Source: an uncultured Planctomycetia bacterium (GTDB lineage Bacteria > Omnitrophota > Gorgyraeia > B26-G9). Taken from it: a stretch of 64,000 nt of DNA. Shown piece by piece: positions 29,616-39,947 of the stretch. The stretch lies in assembly GCA_964437495.1 (NCBI GenBank), contig CAYTGV010000001.1, positions 28,552 through 92,551 of the forward strand, read 5' to 3'. The translations under genes were made by a program, and so were the position numbers. Within the stretch, counting starts at the first letter, position 1. Every line of letters begins with the position of its first letter. The notes beneath the pieces are model-generated. The model did no database searches. It was not told the origin of the DNA and saw only the letters and a program-made list of their open reading frames with translations.

Positions 29616-30731
29616 CTATCCCTCCTTTTTTATAAATCTTTTTCCATCAACTTCTCTGACCATTCCTTTTAGCTGAAGATCAAGCAAGTTTTTATAAACA
29701 CAAGCAGCGCTCAAAAAACTAGTTTTTATAAGCAGATCAATATGCATTGGCTCACTGCTTAGAAATTGAAGCAGCTTTATTTCTTCTGGATTTAGATCCT
29801 CCCTCAAGGCAGACAGCTGTTCATTCGCCTGAGACTTTCCCCCGTAAATATAAGCGCTGATATTGAGTTCTGATATAATATCCTCTACATTTTCCACAAG
29901 TTTCGCCCCTTCTTTGATCAGCTTATTTGTCCCTTTAGCATTCACTGAATTCGCCGCTCCCGGCATAGCAAAAACTTCTCTGTTTTGTGATAATGCCAGA
30001 TTCGCGGTGATCAATGACCCGCTTCTTTGCGCCGCTTCGACAACAACAACTCCAAGGCTCAGGCCGCTTATAATTCGATTGCGTCTGGGAAAATTTCCTC
30101 TATGCGGAGCAGTATTCAAGGGAAATTCAGACATCACAATGCCTTTGCTGCTGATTGAATCAAATAGATCTTTATTTTCCTGCGGGTATATACATTTCAG
30201 TCCGCTACCCAACACCGCGATTGTACTACCGGACTGCTTTAGTGCACCCCTATGCGCAGCAGTATCTATTCCACGCGCAAGGCCAGAAACAACACAGATA
30301 TCCAGTTTTGAAAGAGCTTCTGCAATACTGGCTGATAGGCATACACCGTTAAAGCTCGCTCTGCGACATCCTACGACAGATACAGTTGCTTTATCCAATA
30401 AAGACATATCGCCTTTGACATACAGGCAGATCGGAGGGTCATATATCTCCTTTAATAGTGCCGGGTATGAAGCATCCTCTGGGCATAAAACCTGAACCCG
30501 ACCATCATTGATCTGCCGGATTTCATTATTAAAGATATCCGAAGTCAGTATATTTTTAATATCCCCAGCAATTCGCTCGTTTATACCCTGCACCTTTATC
30601 AAATTCTCTGCTGAGGCTTCAAATATTGCTTTTACACTGCCAAATCCATCCAACAATCGTTTTGTTAACAGCGGGCCTAAACGATTTACCATATTAAGAG
30701 CAATATAATATTTATTTTGTTCCTGATTCAT
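29616..30731 (-). CDS. dprA: DNA-processing protein DprA
   Basis: VSGLARGIDTAAH, FPRRNRIISGLS and SGSLITA motifs. Confidence 0.95.
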   Translation of the reverse strand: MNQEQNKYYIALNMVNRLGPLLTKRLLDGFGSVKAIFEASAENLIKVQGINERIAGDIKNILTSDIFNNEIRQINDGRVQVLCPEDASYPALLKEIYDPPICLYVKGDMSLLDKATVSVVGCRRASFNGVCLSASIAEALSKLDICVVSGLARGIDTAAHRGALKQSGSTIAVLGSGLKCIYPQENKDLFDSISSKGIVMSEFPLNTAPHRGNFPRRNRIISGLSLGVVVVEAAQRSGSLITANLALSQNREVFAMPGAANSVNAKGTNKLIKEGAKLVENVEDIISELNISAYIYGGKSQANEQLSALREDLNPEEIKLLQFLSSEPMHIDLLIKTSFLSAACVYKNLLDLQLKGMVREVDGKRFIKKEG

Positions 30732-31242
30732 TTGACATCTGCCCTTCTACCCAGTTCAATATCTGGACTATAACCTCCTGAGTGCTCAACTCAGACGTAT
30801 CTATACTATAATCTGCTTTTGCGTAATAGAGCTTGCGTTTTTCTAAAAGGTCCTTTATCTTTGACTTGGGATCTGCTATATTAAGCAAAGGTCTATGCAT
30901 ATAATTTTTCGTTCTGTTTAAAATAACTTCCGGCGTCGCCTCAAGGCCGATTATAAATCCGTTTTTTTTAAGATTCTTTATATTTTCCTCATCCAGAACC
31001 ACTCCTCCTCCGCAAGCAATGATCAACCCAGTCCCCGATGCGATTTCCGCAACAATATCTTTTTCCACTTTGCGGAAATACGATTCACCTTTATGCAAAA
31101 AGATATCCACGATCACCATGCCTTCTTTTGCTTCAATTTTTTCATCAAGATCGACATAAATCCCATGCAGTTTACTTGCTAAAAGTTCAGCTATGGTTGT
31201 TTTGCCTGTACCCATAAACCCGACTAGCGCAATATTTTTCAT
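30712..31242 (-). CDS. aroK: Shikimate kinase
   Basis: GFMGTGKT, GGG, RPLL; likely start MKNIAL. Confidence 0.93.
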   Translation of the reverse strand: MKNIALVGFMGTGKTTIAELLASKLHGIYVDLDEKIEAKEGMVIVDIFLHKGESYFRKVEKDIVAEIASGTGLIIACGGGVVLDEENIKNLKKNGFIIGLEATPEVILNRTKNYMHRPLLNIADPKSKIKDLLEKRKLYYAKADYSIDTSELSTQEVIVQILNWVEGQMSNESGTK

Positions 31243-31255
31243 TTTCTCTGCCTTA

Positions 31256-32662
31256 CTATTTTCCAATACAAAAACGGTTGAAGATATTATCCAGGATATC
31301 TTCATTAATATTATCGCCTACTAATGACCCAAGTGCATTTAAGGCCTGTCTTATTTCAAAAACAAGGCATTCGTCGAATCCTTTATTTTTAATCAGCAAA
31401 ATCGCATTATTGATGAACGACAGACATTCAACAAGTGATTTTTTCTGGCGCAAATTACTAATGGCTAATTCCTCCGGCGCAGTAGCCCCCTCCTTAAAAA
31501 ATTGCGCAATTATCTGCTTCTCAAGCTGCGCCATCCCCTGCTTGCGCAGTGCAGAAATTTTAACCTTTGACGCGCCGGGAAATATTTTTGCAATATCTGC
31601 AGGGTTGATTCTGTTTTTTAAATCAATTTTATTGATAACAATAACAACCCTTTTATCCTTTAGTTTTCCCGCCACTTCAATGTCTGTTTTATTGATCGCC
31701 CGCGATGAGTCCAAAACAAAAAGAACAAGATCTGCTTTTTGAAAAAAAGCCAGACTTCGCGCAACACTCTTTCGTGTTATAACACAAGAGCTGTCCATTA
31801 TCCCAGCAGTATCCGCAATCCTCACAGGGATCCCGTTAATATTGATAAGCTCCTGGACAACGTCGCGTGTAGTGCCTGATATATTTGTAACAATAACTCT
31901 TTCATACTCAACTAATGCATTCATGATGCTTGATTTACCTACATTGGCAGCACCGGCCAGCGCAATACTTATTCCATTCTGCAGCATAATCCCCTTATCG
32001 GCGCTAGCAATAAATTGCTGAAGATCATTTACTGTTTTTCTCAGAACTTTGTTCAGCCTTGCCCCTGACGCCGAAGATATTGACTCCTCCGGAAAATCAA
32101 TTGCTGCTTCAAGCGAAGAAATAAATTCAATAAGCCCTGAGCGTATTTTATTAATAATAGACGAAAGCCTGCCTTCAAGCTGATAAACCGCTGGCTTGAG
32201 CGCTGCTTCTGTTTTAGCATTAATAATATTTAATACTGCCTCTGCCTGTAACAGATCAATGCGTCCATTTAAAAAAGCCCTTTGGGTAAATTCACCCGGA
32301 GCTGCAAGGCGTGCCCCATTACCTATTACCAATTCCAACACTTTCCTTGAAGTAACAATGCCGCCATGACAATTTATTTCCAAAACATCTTCTCTGGTAT
32401 ATGTATGAGGCGCACGCATTACAGTAAAAAGCGCCTCATCAAGTATTCGTAGCTTGGTTATTGATTTATTATTTCCCTCAATAATATGTCCATAGTGTAC
32501 CGTAAAACCCAAGGCCTTTGAAAGCTTTTTGCCGTTTTTTGAGCGGCAAATTTTATCGCCGATTTTTAAAGCCTTTTTACCGCTAAGGCGAACTATCCCA
32601 ATACCTCCTACTCCAGGAGGGGTCGAGATAGCCGCTATTGTATCATCTGGATTTATCTGCAT
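31256..32662 (-). CDS. mnmE: tRNA modification GTPase MnmE
   Basis: DTIAAIST, GEFTQRAFLNG, GTTRD, DTAG, NKID and C-terminal FCIGK. Confidence 0.96.
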   Translation of the reverse strand: MQINPDDTIAAISTPPGVGGIGIVRLSGKKALKIGDKICRSKNGKKLSKALGFTVHYGHIIEGNNKSITKLRILDEALFTVMRAPHTYTREDVLEINCHGGIVTSRKVLELVIGNGARLAAPGEFTQRAFLNGRIDLLQAEAVLNIINAKTEAALKPAVYQLEGRLSSIINKIRSGLIEFISSLEAAIDFPEESISSASGARLNKVLRKTVNDLQQFIASADKGIMLQNGISIALAGAANVGKSSIMNALVEYERVIVTNISGTTRDVVQELININGIPVRIADTAGIMDSSCVITRKSVARSLAFFQKADLVLFVLDSSRAINKTDIEVAGKLKDKRVVIVINKIDLKNRINPADIAKIFPGASKVKISALRKQGMAQLEKQIIAQFFKEGATAPEELAISNLRQKKSLVECLSFINNAILLIKNKGFDECLVFEIRQALNALGSLVGDNINEDILDNIFNRFCIGK

Positions 32663-32673
32663 CTATAAACTTT

Positions 32674-34017
32674 CTAGTAATTCGGAATTTTTAACTCTTT
32701 TAAAGCAATATAAGCTTCTCCAATAAGATACAAACTGCCAGCAACCAAAATAAGGTCATCTTTATTAGAAGTATTTTTAACAGCCAGGCACAATGCCTCC
32801 TGTACTGTTTTAGTTTTTTTTATTATCCGCTTAAACTGAAACATTTTTTGCTCAAGCGTATCAACATCCATTGCTCTGGGATTATCAGCCTGAGTAAGTA
32901 TAATAAGATTTTGACTGCGGGCAATATGGGGGATCATTCCCCGGACATCCTTATCCTTAGAAACACCGAATATCAAAATAGATTTCTTAGGAATAAACAG
33001 CATATTTATCGCTGCCCTTAGGGCATGCGCAGATGCAGGATTCTGCGCGCCGTCAAAAACAAGAAACGGATTACGGTGAACAATATGCATCCGGCCAGGC
33101 CATTGCGCGTTTTCTAAACCCTTTTTAACCGCCAGTGAGGAAATAACGACTTCATGCTGACTTAATAATTGAATTACACTCAGAGCTAATGCGGCATTAA
33201 GGGTTTGGAAATGACCGACAAGTCTTATATGCAGATTCTGATATGAATCCATAATCCCTTTAAAATCAAGGATACTTCCATCCAGATTTTGGCCAATAAC
33301 ATCATAGATAAAATCTTTTCCTATTCTATAATATCGAACATTTTTTTCTTTGCAGATCTTTTCAATTTCACGCCAAGCCTGCAGAGGCTGCGCAACGCTC
33401 ACAACCAAACTATTTTCCTTTATAATTCCCGCTTTTTCACATGCGATCTTTTCCAGAGAATTTCCGAGTATTGCCATATGATCAAAACTTATGCTCGAAA
33501 GTGCGCAGACAAGAGAATCAACAACATTAGTCGCATCAAGCCTACCCCCCATTCCAGTCTCAATAACAGCAAATTCAATTTTTTGATGGGCAAAAAACAA
33601 AAAAGCTAATACCGTATATACTTCGAAGAAGGTCAATCCCTTGATTTCATCTGCATAGGGCTTAATTTCCTCGACCAGAGCAATAACCTCATTTTCTTCA
33701 ATAAGCCGCTCTCTAATCTCAGCCATATCATCTTCGTAGCTTATCTTTATCCGCTCTTTGAAATCAATCAGATGCGGCGAAGTATATAAGCCCACTTTAT
33801 ACCCAGCCTCCATTAAAATAGAAAAAATAAACGCACAGGTAGACCCCTTGCCCTTAGTGCCGGCTATCTGAACTGATCTGAATTGTTCATGCGGATTATC
33901 CAGCTTCTTTAATAAAGCCTTGACCCTTTCCAGAGTAATATTCTTATATTCATAATCAGTGATTTTTTCATAATCAGTAAATGAGTTTAAATAGTTTATT
34001 GCCTCCTGGTAATTCAT
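32674..34017 (-). CDS. folC: Folylpolyglutamate synthase/dihydrofolate synthase
   Basis: GTKGKGS, TSPHL, ETGMGGRLDATN, WPGR, GSLYL. Confidence 0.95.
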   Translation of the reverse strand: MNYQEAINYLNSFTDYEKITDYEYKNITLERVKALLKKLDNPHEQFRSVQIAGTKGKGSTCAFIFSILMEAGYKVGLYTSPHLIDFKERIKISYEDDMAEIRERLIEENEVIALVEEIKPYADEIKGLTFFEVYTVLAFLFFAHQKIEFAVIETGMGGRLDATNVVDSLVCALSSISFDHMAILGNSLEKIACEKAGIIKENSLVVSVAQPLQAWREIEKICKEKNVRYYRIGKDFIYDVIGQNLDGSILDFKGIMDSYQNLHIRLVGHFQTLNAALALSVIQLLSQHEVVISSLAVKKGLENAQWPGRMHIVHRNPFLVFDGAQNPASAHALRAAINMLFIPKKSILIFGVSKDKDVRGMIPHIARSQNLIILTQADNPRAMDVDTLEQKMFQFKRIIKKTKTVQEALCLAVKNTSNKDDLILVAGSLYLIGEAYIALKELKIPNY

Positions 34018-34031
34018 AAAGCTTCCTCTTT

Positions 34032-35603
34032 TTAATGCTTAAAATGTCTAACTCCGGTTACAACCATTGCAATACCGGCTTCTTCTGCGGCCTGAACAAC
34101 CTCCCCATCCCTTATAGACCCGCCGGGTTGAATAATAGCACAAATTCCGACCTTTGCCGCGACTTCTATTGAATCTGCTTTTGGAAAAAAGGCATCACTT
34201 GCCAATACCGTCCCTTGTGTCTTGCCCTGTGCTTTTCTTATAGCAATTATCACACTATCCACTCGACTCATCTGCCCTGCGCCTATACCAACTGTCTTTG
34301 TATCAGATGCTAAGACAATAGCATTTGACCTAACGTGTTTTGCCACTGTCTGCGCAAATAAAAGCGACTTAATCTGCTCCTTTGTTGGTTGGTTGCTGGT
34401 CACAACCTTCAGGCTTTCATCATAGATACTCACATTGTCTTTAGTCTCAACAAGTAAACCTCCGGCTACACGTTTAAAATCCAATTCTCTGCTGAACTCG
34501 TTTGGCTTGATAATTTCATCCGTTTCCATGATCCGCAGGTTTTTCTTTTTTCTGAGTATCTCAAGCGCCGCAGCGGAAAAACCCGGGGCAATAACGCATT
34601 CCACAAAACCGCCGGAAAAAATCGCCTCAGCTGTCATCTGATCGACCTGCCGGTTTAACCCGACAATACTCCCGAATGCAGAAAGGGCATCACAGGCGAG
34701 GGCATCCTTATAGGCCAAAGATAAATTTTCTCCCGCAGAAACCCCGCAGGGATTATTATGTTTGATTATGCTTACAGCCGGCATATTGAAATCTTTAACA
34801 ATATTTAAGGCCGCATCCAGATCCATGATATTATTAAATGACAATTCCTTGCCATGCAGCTGACGGGCTTTAACAATCCCCTGTAAGGCTACTGCTTTTT
34901 CTTTATAAAAAGCAGCCTTTTGATGCGGATTTTCACCATAACGCAATTCCTGCACTTTTTCAAAATCAAGGCTTAGATTTTGCGCTAAGGCCTGTTTTTG
35001 CTGCCCCGGTGATCTTCGGCTACTGAGATAAGCTGCAATGCTTCTATCATATGCGCAGGTTCGATCAAAAACCTCAACTGCAAGTTCCAAGCAGGTTGAT
35101 TTTGAAATCTCTCCCTTATTCTCCTTCATTTCATTCATTACCTGATCATAACGCTGCGGATTACATATAACAGCAACGCTTCTGGAATTTTTAGCAGCAG
35201 AGCGCAGCATTGAGGGACCGCCTATATCAATATTTTCTATTGCCTCATCAACAGTTGTCTTAGGATCAGCAATCGTCTTTTCAAATGGATACAGATTTAC
35301 GATCACCAAATCAATAAGCTCTAGCCCAAACGTTTTAACCTGCTCACAATGCTCTTTATTATCACGCAATGCCAACAATGCACCATGAATTTTGGGATGT
35401 AATGTTTTCACTCGACCATTAAGCATTTCATCGCTATTGGTTAACTCACTGACCAGTCTAACCGGCACTCCAAGCTCACGAATAAATTTCGCCGTGCCGC
35501 CAGTTGAAACAATCTCAATCCCATACTCATGTAAAAATTTTACAATTTTCTCCAAACCGCTCTTATCTGATACGCTAATTAAAGCCCTTCTAATCTTAAC
35601 CAC
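34032..35603 (-). CDS. purH: Bifunctional AICAR transformylase/IMP cyclohydrolase
   Basis: RALISVSDK, GRVKTLHP, LRYGENPHQ, ASDAFFP, RHFKH. Confidence 0.97.
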   Translation of the reverse strand: MVKIRRALISVSDKSGLEKIVKFLHEYGIEIVSTGGTAKFIRELGVPVRLVSELTNSDEMLNGRVKTLHPKIHGALLALRDNKEHCEQVKTFGLELIDLVIVNLYPFEKTIADPKTTVDEAIENIDIGGPSMLRSAAKNSRSVAVICNPQRYDQVMNEMKENKGEISKSTCLELAVEVFDRTCAYDRSIAAYLSSRRSPGQQKQALAQNLSLDFEKVQELRYGENPHQKAAFYKEKAVALQGIVKARQLHGKELSFNNIMDLDAALNIVKDFNMPAVSIIKHNNPCGVSAGENLSLAYKDALACDALSAFGSIVGLNRQVDQMTAEAIFSGGFVECVIAPGFSAAALEILRKKKNLRIMETDEIIKPNEFSRELDFKRVAGGLLVETKDNVSIYDESLKVVTSNQPTKEQIKSLLFAQTVAKHVRSNAIVLASDTKTVGIGAGQMSRVDSVIIAIRKAQGKTQGTVLASDAFFPKADSIEVAAKVGICAIIQPGGSIRDGEVVQAAEEAGIAMVVTGVRHFKH

Positions 35604-35623
35604 TTTTTTCTCCTTAAAGTTTA

Positions 35624-36595
35624 CTACTTAACAAAAACCTTCTTTGATTGAAAATCAGGCATATAGGCATCACTGCTTTTTAACGCTTGTATCCAGCACT
35701 GTTCAAAACCGATTTTTTCTACATACTCAACTAACTCATTATAAAAAACACTATCAATTCTCTTATTTAACTCATCTATTTCACTCGCCTGATAACAGGG
35801 AGCATACTGACTCATCAGGCTAAGACCAATATTGCTTCCAATATCATTCTTTAAAAAATCAAGCACTTCAAAACTGCCGGACAAATTCCCCGGCAATACT
35901 AAATGTCTTATAAGCAGCCCTCTATAAGCACAACCATCAGAATCTTGAGCAAAATCACCCACCTGATTATACATGATCTTAATTGTCCGCTTTGCCGTAC
36001 TCACATAATTCGTGATACCCGAATATCGCAAAGCTATAGAATCATCAAAATATTTCAAATCAGGCATATAGATATCAACGATTCCATCCAATAATTCCAA
36101 GGCTGTTTTGCTCTCATAAGCATTTGTATTATATAAAATCGGCAGGCAAAGTCCCTGCTGCTTAGCCAAATAAATCGCCTCGATAATCTGCGGCAGAAAG
36201 TGTGTCGGCGACACCAGATCAATATTCTGCGCTCCCTGTTTCTGCAATTTTAGCATTATCGAGGCTAACTGCCCAGGACTAAATTCATCTTTTATCTGCT
36301 TTTGCCTGGAGATCTGAAAATTCTGGCAATAAACGCATTTAAAGTTGCAATGGCTAAAAAAAATAGCACCAGCCCCGCCTTTATCAGCAAACGGAGGTTC
36401 TTCACCTTTATGAATCCCCCAATAAGCCACTTCGACATTTTCCCCTGCCTGGCAAAAACCCAGTTCTGCTATGCTTCTGTTAACCGAACATATATGTTCA
36501 CATAAGCAACAATCATTGAGTACCGTCTTCGCCTGTTCTATCTTTTGCAAAAAAACATTCTTATCAAGACCTATATAACTTGCCTGAATGCCCAT
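35624..36595 (-). CDS. Radical SAM protein, PflX-like
   Basis: CCLCEHIC, GEEP, CNFKCVYCQN, RHLVLP, MSQY. Confidence 0.85.
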   Translation of the reverse strand: MGIQASYIGLDKNVFLQKIEQAKTVLNDCCLCEHICSVNRSIAELGFCQAGENVEVAYWGIHKGEEPPFADKGGAGAIFFSHCNFKCVYCQNFQISRQKQIKDEFSPGQLASIMLKLQKQGAQNIDLVSPTHFLPQIIEAIYLAKQQGLCLPILYNTNAYESKTALELLDGIVDIYMPDLKYFDDSIALRYSGITNYVSTAKRTIKIMYNQVGDFAQDSDGCAYRGLLIRHLVLPGNLSGSFEVLDFLKNDIGSNIGLSLMSQYAPCYQASEIDELNKRIDSVFYNELVEYVEKIGFEQCWIQALKSSDAYMPDFQSKKVFVK

Positions 36596-36597
36596 AT

Positions 36598-38097
36598 TTA
36601 ATTCTTTTTTTGAGCTCCGCATATATCCTTAACCAGTTGTTTCGCTTCTTTCTTATTTTGAATTATCTTAAGCGCCTGCGCCTCTTCTACTTCTTTCAGG
36701 AGCTTCCCGATTAAAGGTGAAGGCTTTAAGTCCAGTAATTTTATTATTTCATTTCCATCTAGCAATCGTGGCCTTGCTTGATTCTTAGCCGCATTTTTAA
36801 ATAATGCAATTATCATGTTAACTAGTTCATCTTCTAAAAAAATAAAACTCTTTTTACGGCTCAAAACACCCTGCATCGCATTGCGGTCGGCAATAGTCAA
36901 GAGCAAGATCATTATAGCATTATCAGCCGTATCCCGGAAAAATCTAAATTTCGCTTTATTGCTGGGAACATAGTTTACAATCTGCCCTGCACGTAAATGA
37001 TACCGCACAAGACTTTTAAGTACACCAACCTCTTTAGCTGAAAGTTTCAGTCTTTGGCCAATATCCTTGACTATATTCGCACCCTCTTTTTCATGTCCAT
37101 AAAAATGTATTTTCCCATCAACCCCCGTAAATCTTGTTGCCGGTTTTCCAATATCATGTAAAATACAAGCTAGTTTCAACAGCCATAAACGCGAATGTGC
37201 CCCGGATATCTTTTCATTTAAGTAAATATGTGTAAGACGCGAATATTTTTTATAGATCTTCTTATCCAATATCCTTAAAAGTTTCTCCAGCTCAGCCAAG
37301 GTCTGAAGTGAATGATCCCATGCATCCAAATGGTGAAAGCCGCCCTGGTCAAGCCCGATCAGACTTATTGTCTCGGGGAGAATCACCGCTAAAACCCCAA
37401 GCCTGTTCATCTCAACAATATATTTAAAAGAGTTCTCACTGGAAAAAATTTTCACCAGCTCTTCACAAATCCGTTCTGGTGAAGTCATTTTTAACCGGTA
37501 AACACTCTTTTTAGCAAGCTCCTTTGATCTTTCATCAAAATCGAAACCAAACGTAGCACAGAAAGTGAATCCTCTTAATATTCGCAAAGGATCACTGATA
37601 AAGTTACGCTCATATGTCAATCGAACACATTTATTTTTAATATCCCGTAATGCCGAAAAATGATCTAAAAAAGCCTTTTTCACAGGATTTCTCATCAGCG
37701 CATGAAGATCAAGGCAAAGTGTATTTATAGTAAAATCTCGCCGCCTAAGGTCTTCTTTAATATTTATTCCTTTAAAATTACTAAAGTCAAGTTCACAGGG
37801 ATTGCCTTTGCTTTTACAAATCACTCTCGCCGTTGAACCAGAGCGATCAAAAATAAAGAATGAAGCTCCCAGCTTTTTTGCTACCCGTTTGCCAAGTAAC
37901 AAAGCTTTGTGACTTACAGCAAAATCCCAATCAAATTTTTTATATAATCTTTTGCTTAAAAACAGATTGCGTAAAGCCCCGCCGACAAGATAAACATTTA
38001 CATTAAGCTCTAAAGCAATAGACTCTATGAGCTTCAGTATCATGTTTTGCTTTAACGCTTTTAATCTAGATGCTGTGATCCTTGTAGTTTTAGCCAT
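36598..38097 (-). CDS. CCA-adding/poly(A) polymerase family nucleotidyltransferase with HD domain
   Basis: VGGALR, DWD, RRDFTIN, DPLRILR, HDIGK. Confidence 0.9.
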   Translation of the reverse strand: MAKTTRITASRLKALKQNMILKLIESIALELNVNVYLVGGALRNLFLSKRLYKKFDWDFAVSHKALLLGKRVAKKLGASFFIFDRSGSTARVICKSKGNPCELDFSNFKGINIKEDLRRRDFTINTLCLDLHALMRNPVKKAFLDHFSALRDIKNKCVRLTYERNFISDPLRILRGFTFCATFGFDFDERSKELAKKSVYRLKMTSPERICEELVKIFSSENSFKYIVEMNRLGVLAVILPETISLIGLDQGGFHHLDAWDHSLQTLAELEKLLRILDKKIYKKYSRLTHIYLNEKISGAHSRLWLLKLACILHDIGKPATRFTGVDGKIHFYGHEKEGANIVKDIGQRLKLSAKEVGVLKSLVRYHLRAGQIVNYVPSNKAKFRFFRDTADNAIMILLLTIADRNAMQGVLSRKKSFIFLEDELVNMIIALFKNAAKNQARPRLLDGNEIIKLLDLKPSPLIGKLLKEVEEAQALKIIQNKKEAKQLVKDICGAQKKN

Positions 38098-38494
38098 TTA
38101 AGAATTGTAGTTTTTTAAACACTTCTTCTTCAACAAAAATCGGCGCTTGTGTACGCAAAGCAAGCGCAATACTATCACTTGGACGCGCATCGATATTTAT
38201 AACCCTTTTATCAGCAGTGCGCAAAAATAGCTGTGCATAAAAAGTGTTTCCCTCCAGTTTATTTATAATAACACTTTGAATCTGTGCTCCCATCTGATCA
38301 AGAATATTTTTTAGTAAATCATGCGTTAGCGGACGAGGCGGCCTAATATTACTTACTTTCATTTTAATTGCCGCCGCCTCTGCCACTCCAATAATTATCG
38401 GTATCTGCCTCTGGCCATCCTTCTCTTTTAGAATAATTATTTGATCATGCTTATTCTCATGCATAATAATTTTATAAAGGCTTACGCTTACCAT
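38090..38494 (-). CDS. Bifunctional nuclease family protein (DUF151)
   Basis: PIIIG..EA, RPLTHDL and [11 protein letters not shown] motifs. Confidence 0.92.
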   Translation of the reverse strand: MVSVSLYKIIMHENKHDQIIILKEKDGQRQIPIIIGVAEAAAIKMKVSNIRPPRPLTHDLLKNILDQMGAQIQSVIINKLEGNTFYAQLFLRTADKRVINIDARPSDSIALALRTQAPIFVEEEVFKKLQFLNG

Positions 38495-38904
38495 TGGGGC
38501 TCCTTCCCGATTTTAGAACAAAAATAGTCTTTAAGTATTTTTTTGTGATCAAAAGCTATATCCACCGGCAGATTTTCCAGACTGAAAACTACGGCATTTT
38601 TTGCGTCACTACCAGCACACAGATCCCCCCTGCCAACAGCAGTGAAAACAACTGATATTGTATGCCCTCTCGGGTCACGCTCTGGATCAGAATAAGCATG
38701 AAATTGCTTCAGATCGTAAACAGCCAAATTAGTTTCTTCCTTTGCTTCTCGGATTGCTGCTGTTTCCAGACTTTCCTTATAATCGACAAATCCTCCGGGG
38801 ATCGCCCATCCATAGGGAGAATTCTTTCTTTCAACAAGAATAACTCCGTTTCCGCATTCAATAATAATATCTACAGTCGGCAATGGATTTCTATTTTTCA
38901 ACAT
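38488..38904 (-). CDS. NUDIX hydrolase (ADP-ribose pyrophosphatase-like)
   Basis: [30 protein letters not shown]. Confidence 0.92.
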   Translation of the reverse strand: MLKNRNPLPTVDIIIECGNGVILVERKNSPYGWAIPGGFVDYKESLETAAIREAKEETNLAVYDLKQFHAYSDPERDPRGHTISVVFTAVGRGDLCAGSDAKNAVVFSLENLPVDIAFDHKKILKDYFCSKIGKEPQW

Positions 38905-38925
38905 AAAACACTCTAGCCTCAAACA

Positions 38926-39570
38926 TCAAGTCACCAGGCCAATTGCCCGGAAAAATATATCCACACTATTCGGATCAGGTATAAGCATAAAATTTCCGTT
39001 AAGCTGCTGATTATCTGTAGCAAAAGAAGTATTAATGCTTATGCCCTCATTTGATTTCATGGTATTCTTAATAAAATCAGCAAACTCATCATCCCCAAAA
39101 CTTACCGCGGGAATACCGCAATTAGTCTGCAAATTAAACATAGAATCAACCGCAGAAAAATAAGTATTTGCAATAATACTTACAATCTCACCGAAAATAC
39201 ACTTTTGGTCCTCCATGGACAGACAGTTAACATCAGTAGAGTCTAGTCCCTCACCATTAACAAATTTATTCATCAGATCCAAGGCATCATTTTTTGAGAA
39301 TATGATCAAAGTTTCCGTGAAATCAGATATCCCCTCAACAGTAAGATATGCTACTACCATCATACTTGTGTCATTTGAGACTAGACGTGATTTATAAAAA
39401 TCACTCATATCAGGCAAAGAAATATCAATTTTTTCTCCGGATATTTCTCCGATAGCTTTTGCTACATGACTAATGCCGATATTGGCAAGTTCCTTCAGCG
39501 CAGAGCTCTTTAATTCATCAAACTGGCTAACACACTCCATTTCATCTAACCCCTTTTTCTCTTCATCCAT
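38926..39570 (-). CDS. CheC-family protein
   Basis: ALKELANIG..P first motif; second motif degenerate (GEIVSI). Confidence 0.8.
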   Translation of the reverse strand: MDEEKKGLDEMECVSQFDELKSSALKELANIGISHVAKAIGEISGEKIDISLPDMSDFYKSRLVSNDTSMMVVAYLTVEGISDFTETLIIFSKNDALDLMNKFVNGEGLDSTDVNCLSMEDQKCIFGEIVSIIANTYFSAVDSMFNLQTNCGIPAVSFGDDEFADFIKNTMKSNEGISINTSFATDNQQLNGNFMLIPDPNSVDIFFRAIGLVT

Positions 39571-39935
39571 CTGGTAAACATCCCCTTAGATCTAATATCA
39601 TTTCTTACATTCAGAAGATCCTGATCAATGTTCATATAATCAAAATCATCATACCCTAGATTAACCGCTTTTTTAAGCGCCTCAATCGCTTCGTTTATAT
39701 TTGCCGTTAAAGAATAACTGCAAGCAAGGTTATAATATACAATAGCATCATCCGGCCTAAGCGTGCTAAGACGCTTATCAATAACCAGTCCTCTATCGTA
39801 ATCTCCGGCTTTCGTATAGGCCTCAGCCAGAGGAATAAGCACATCTACAAAATCAACATTTTCTTTGATAAGCTTTTCGAAAAATTCTATTTCAAAATCC
39901 ATTATATTTTTATCGCTTTCGCTATTTTTCTTCAA
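39546..39935 (-). CDS. Small TPR protein
   Basis: YYNLACSYSL..AIEALKKAVNLGY..DQDL. Confidence 0.8.
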   Translation of the reverse strand: MKKNSESDKNIMDFEIEFFEKLIKENVDFVDVLIPLAEAYTKAGDYDRGLVIDKRLSTLRPDDAIVYYNLACSYSLTANINEAIEALKKAVNLGYDDFDYMNIDQDLLNVRNDIRSKGMFTRWMKRKRG

Positions 39936-39947
39936 TTTCTTGCTCCC

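Noticed and set aside
29863-30495. 210-aa plus-strand ORF
   Set aside because: Antisense shadow of dprA with no motifs; the same applies to the other short antisense ORFs in the track.
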